10,501 nt of DNA. It comes from Candidatus Ratteibacteria bacterium (GTDB taxonomy: Bacteria > Ratteibacteria > UBA8468 > B48-G9 > JAFGKM01). Under the pieces are notes generated by a model. The model searched no databases and was not told the DNA's origin. It saw only the letters and a list, made by a program, of their open reading frames with translations. How positions within the stretch are numbered: the stretch's first letter is position 1; each line of letters starts with the position of its first letter. Shown here piece after piece: positions 8,149-10,501 of the stretch. The stretch is taken from the NCBI GenBank assembly GCA_046296715.1, contig JBKBIN010000046.1, positions 1-10,501 of the forward strand, written 5' to 3'. Position numbers and translations under genes: made by a program.

Positions 8149-9597
8149 TTATCCTCCTATTTTTATTGGGACTTCTCTTATACTATTTCCAAAAACGAAT
8201 CTTATTTTATACTCACCTTTATATTTTTCCCCTGTTTTGCTATTTTTGCCTTCCCATCTAATTGCTCTAATAAAACCAGATTTGACATTTTCATCAAATA
8301 TTTTCTCAATTATTTTTCCGTCTTTAGAAAATAAATAAATCTCAAGTTTCCCATCTTTTTCAATCTTACATGAAATCTCTGTCCAATTTTCAAAAACCAT
8401 AGGGATTACAACAGCCATACTAATATCTTCACTATTATAAATAGGAATTTCTGGAATTATTATATCCTTTTCATCTTTTACATATCTTCTTTTAAAAGAA
8501 GGAGGTTCTTTAGATATAATATTTTTAAAATAATCTCTTTCAACAATACCTACATTCCCTTTTTGATTTTCAAGTATAATCTCATTCAATTTTCTTATTG
8601 TTTCATCAAAATAACTTAAAGAAGTCCATAATGTTCCAGCATTTGTTTTTCCATTTGCACTTTTAAATTGGGGATTTTCAAATGACTTATTCCACATCCA
8701 TAAATTTGTATTTATCATTCTTTTTATATCTTTTTCATCAAAAACAATTCCTGTATGGTATGCCTCTACAAAAAAAGAAACCTCTGCTGCTTGATAACCT
8801 GCTCTTTCAGGATGGACATCTACCCAATGTTTTGGAATAGAAGTCATATCACACACTGCAAATGGCTCCCAAAAATTCCAGATATATCTATCTTCCTTTT
8901 CAATATACCTCATAATTGATTTGTAATAAGAGAATATCTTTATTGCTCTATCTCTATAAAAATTATCATTTAAAATTCTATAAAGTTTAAGACATACAAT
9001 TCCCATTTTCCCTGATTTATTTAAATTTTCAGAAATCTGGTAATCTTCTCTTGTTATCCATTGGTCTGGTTGAGAAGGAAGAATAAATTTTGTCTGAACA
9101 AGATATTTACCATATCCAAGTTGTTCATACCAGCAACCTCTTTTATCCCATTTTTCTATTATTTCCTTCCCAAGATTAACATATTCTTTTGCTTTTTCTC
9201 CATATTTATTTGAAAGGTTTTTATCATTCAAAATTACCTCAGCAATGGAAAGCATTAAACTTGAAAGATTTGCATCTCCAACTACAGCAGAACCCCATAT
9301 ATTTTTATCCTCAAGTCGTGGACCAACCCAGCCCCTATATCCATCTGGTTCTTTATCCATTTTACTTATAAGAAAGTCAAAATATTTAATTGCTTCTTCT
9401 ATCCATTTTTCATCTTTATAAGTCATATATCCTTTGTAAAATACATCCGCATTATAAGCAGCATGCCAGGTAAAATCTTCTCCTTTAAATTTTTGAACAT
9501 TTGGATTTGCAAGTAATGATTTTCTTATATCCTCAGGAGATACTTGTGAATAAAGGAAAAAACAGATAAATAGAAATAAGAAGCCAATTTTTTTCAT
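8149..9597 (-). CDS. Secreted hypothetical protein, probable helical (alpha/alpha)-toroid domain plus C-terminal FlgD-Ig-like domain
   Basis: 482-aa ORF with signal peptide MKKIGFLFLFICFFLYS. Amphipathic helices (YMTYKDEKWIEEAIKYFD, LYRILNDNFYRDRAIKIFSYY) are typical of six-hairpin folds. C-terminal LEIYLFSKDGKII..IRWEGKN..GEYKIRF resembles FlgD_ig. AGGAG RBS at 9606-9610. The ORF is secure; the fold is inferred. Confidence 0.65.
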   Translation of the reverse strand: MKKIGFLFLFICFFLYSQVSPEDIRKSLLANPNVQKFKGEDFTWHAAYNADVFYKGYMTYKDEKWIEEAIKYFDFLISKMDKEPDGYRGWVGPRLEDKNIWGSAVVGDANLSSLMLSIAEVILNDKNLSNKYGEKAKEYVNLGKEIIEKWDKRGCWYEQLGYGKYLVQTKFILPSQPDQWITREDYQISENLNKSGKMGIVCLKLYRILNDNFYRDRAIKIFSYYKSIMRYIEKEDRYIWNFWEPFAVCDMTSIPKHWVDVHPERAGYQAAEVSFFVEAYHTGIVFDEKDIKRMINTNLWMWNKSFENPQFKSANGKTNAGTLWTSLSYFDETIRKLNEIILENQKGNVGIVERDYFKNIISKEPPSFKRRYVKDEKDIIIPEIPIYNSEDISMAVVIPMVFENWTEISCKIEKDGKLEIYLFSKDGKIIEKIFDENVKSGFIRAIRWEGKNSKTGEKYKGEYKIRFVFGNSIREVPIKIGG

Positions 9598-9618
9598 ATT
9601 TTATTCTCCTTTTTTTGA

Positions 9619-9647
9619 AATATATATCTTATTTCTCTTAAAATCAA
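9619..9647 (-). promoter_or_regulatory. Putative sigma70 promoter of the minus-strand operon
   Basis: The minus strand reads TTGATT (9647-9642), a 17-nt spacer, then TATATT (9624-9619), directly upstream of the AGGAG RBS. The AT-rich background lowers specificity. Confidence 0.5.
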
Positions 9648-9696
9648 GCACTATATAACACAAATTTTTTAAAAATTAGCACAAAATGAGACATTT

Positions 9697-9724
9697 TTGA
9701 TATTGTATATTTATGTGTTATAAT
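9697..9724 (+). promoter_or_regulatory. Putative sigma70 promoter with extended -10 for the plus-strand gene
   Basis: TTGATA (9697-9702), a 16-nt spacer, then a perfect TATAAT (9719-9724) preceded by TGTG-n. AAAGAGG RBS and ATG 9742 follow. Confidence 0.65.
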
Positions 9725-9741
9725 GAAAAAAAAGAGGCAAC

Positions 9742-10501
9742 ATGTTGAAAAAAATTCTTATAATAATATTTCTTATTTCAATTTTTTCAATCTCACAGAA
9801 CAAATTCTTTTGGCAAGAAAAAAATTGTGAATTAGATAAACAGGTAGATATAAAATGGAAACCAAAACAATTTGTTTTTGAGAAAGGTAGTTCTGTAAGA
9901 TATATTGACTATGAGAATGGAAATGATAATAATGATGGATTAACAAAAAACACACCTTGGAAACACCATCCTTGGGATGAGAAAGCAGAAGGGAAGGCAA
10001 AAGATTGTAAAGGGATTCATACTTTTATTTTTAAAAAAGGAGTTATATATAGAGGAAGATTATTTGCAAGAGAATCAGGAACAGAAACAAACCCAATAAG
10101 ATTAACAGTTGACCCAAGTTGGGGGATAGGAGATGCATGTATATATGGTTCTATTAAAATAGAAGGTGGCTGGAGGAAATGCACTGAAAATATAAATCTT
10201 CCTGAGGCAGATAAGATATGGTGTAGAGAATTAAATGTTAATTTTGTTCCAAGAGCAGTATGGATGATAGAAAGGGAAATTATAGAAAGAATACCAATAG
10301 CAAGAGAACCAGATTGGGAGGAAGATGAGGAAGATGTATTAAAAAATTGGTGGGAATGGAAGAGAGTTGCTGTTAAACAGGAGGGAGGGAAAATAATTAC
10401 TGGTTTTGACCCTTTAAATTTAAATTCACCCGACCCTGATTATTACAAAGATGCAATTATATGGTTTCAGGGTAGTTCAGTAATTGGAACTCCTTCTCCA
10501 T
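9742..10501 (+). CDS. Secreted beta-helix-family protein paralogous to 5143-6969, N-terminal 253 aa (runs off the right edge)
   Basis: Open frame from ATG 9742 to the window end: MLKKILIIIFLISIFSISQ (signal peptide)..RYIDYENGNDNNDGLTKNTPWKHHPWDEKAEGKAK..FKKGVIYRG..NPIRL..WG..IYGSIKIEGGWRKC..IAREPDW. It aligns by eye with YIDYEKGDDKNSGTSPEKAWKHCPFDKNAKDIAK..FKGGVVYYG..NPIIL..WG..IDGSEIIEGEWRKI. GAGG RBS at 9734-9737. Confidence 0.88.
   Translation, partial: MLKKILIIIFLISIFSISQNKFFWQEKNCELDKQVDIKWKPKQFVFEKGSSVRYIDYENGNDNNDGLTKNTPWKHHPWDEKAEGKAKDCKGIHTFIFKKGVIYRGRLFARESGTETNPIRLTVDPSWGIGDACIYGSIKIEGGWRKCTENINLPEADKIWCRELNVNFVPRAVWMIEREIIERIPIAREPDWEEDEEDVLKNWWEWKRVAVKQEGGKIITGFDPLNLNSPDPDYYKDAIIWFQGSSVIGTPSP

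Noticed and set aside
2186..9371. Short plus-strand ORFs at 2186, 3319, 4520, 7391, 7694, 8096 and 9189
   Set aside because: All are antisense to well-supported genes. Their Phe/Leu/Ile-rich sequence reflects the reverse complement of A-rich coding DNA.
9723..9830. Out-of-frame 35-aa upstream ORF with an A8 tract, a possible leader peptide or phase-variation site
   Set aside because: Its ATG overlaps the predicted -10 box, so it would not be transcribed from that promoter. It has no RBS, and A runs are common throughout this sequence.
9773..10000. 75-aa minus-strand ORF with a His-rich stretch
   Set aside because: It is antisense to the real plus-strand gene at 9742. The His run comes from the reverse complement of the Asn/Asp/Gly-rich codons.
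1..10501. CRISPR array, tRNA/rRNA, IS element, intrinsic terminator, recoding
   Set aside because: The window is almost fully coding, with one 144-bp gap that has no repeat-spacer pattern or GC-rich hairpin. All genes are uninterrupted in the standard code, with TAA/TGA stops.

Overview
Very AT-rich bacterial DNA encoding Lys/Ile/Glu-rich proteins. A 144-bp intergenic region (9598-9741) with divergent sigma70-type promoters separates two units. The first is a tightly packed minus-strand operon of at least 7 genes: secreted helical-toroid-like protein with a C-terminal FlgD-Ig-like domain, clan GH-A-like lipoprotein, two secreted right-handed beta-helix proteins, AraA-type (L-arabinose/L-fucose isomerase family) isomerase, sulfatase-fold hydrolase with Thr in place of the Cys/Ser nucleophile, and a creatininase-family amidohydrolase cut by the left edge. 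The second is a plus-strand gene for a third paralogous secreted beta-helix-family protein, cut by the right edge. The two edge genes are missing from the supplied ORF track and were translated by hand. The locus looks like a glycan-degradation and catabolism cluster built from enzymes I cannot assign to a characterised family; the substrate is unknown. I saw no RNA genes, CRISPR arrays, mobile elements or frameshifts.
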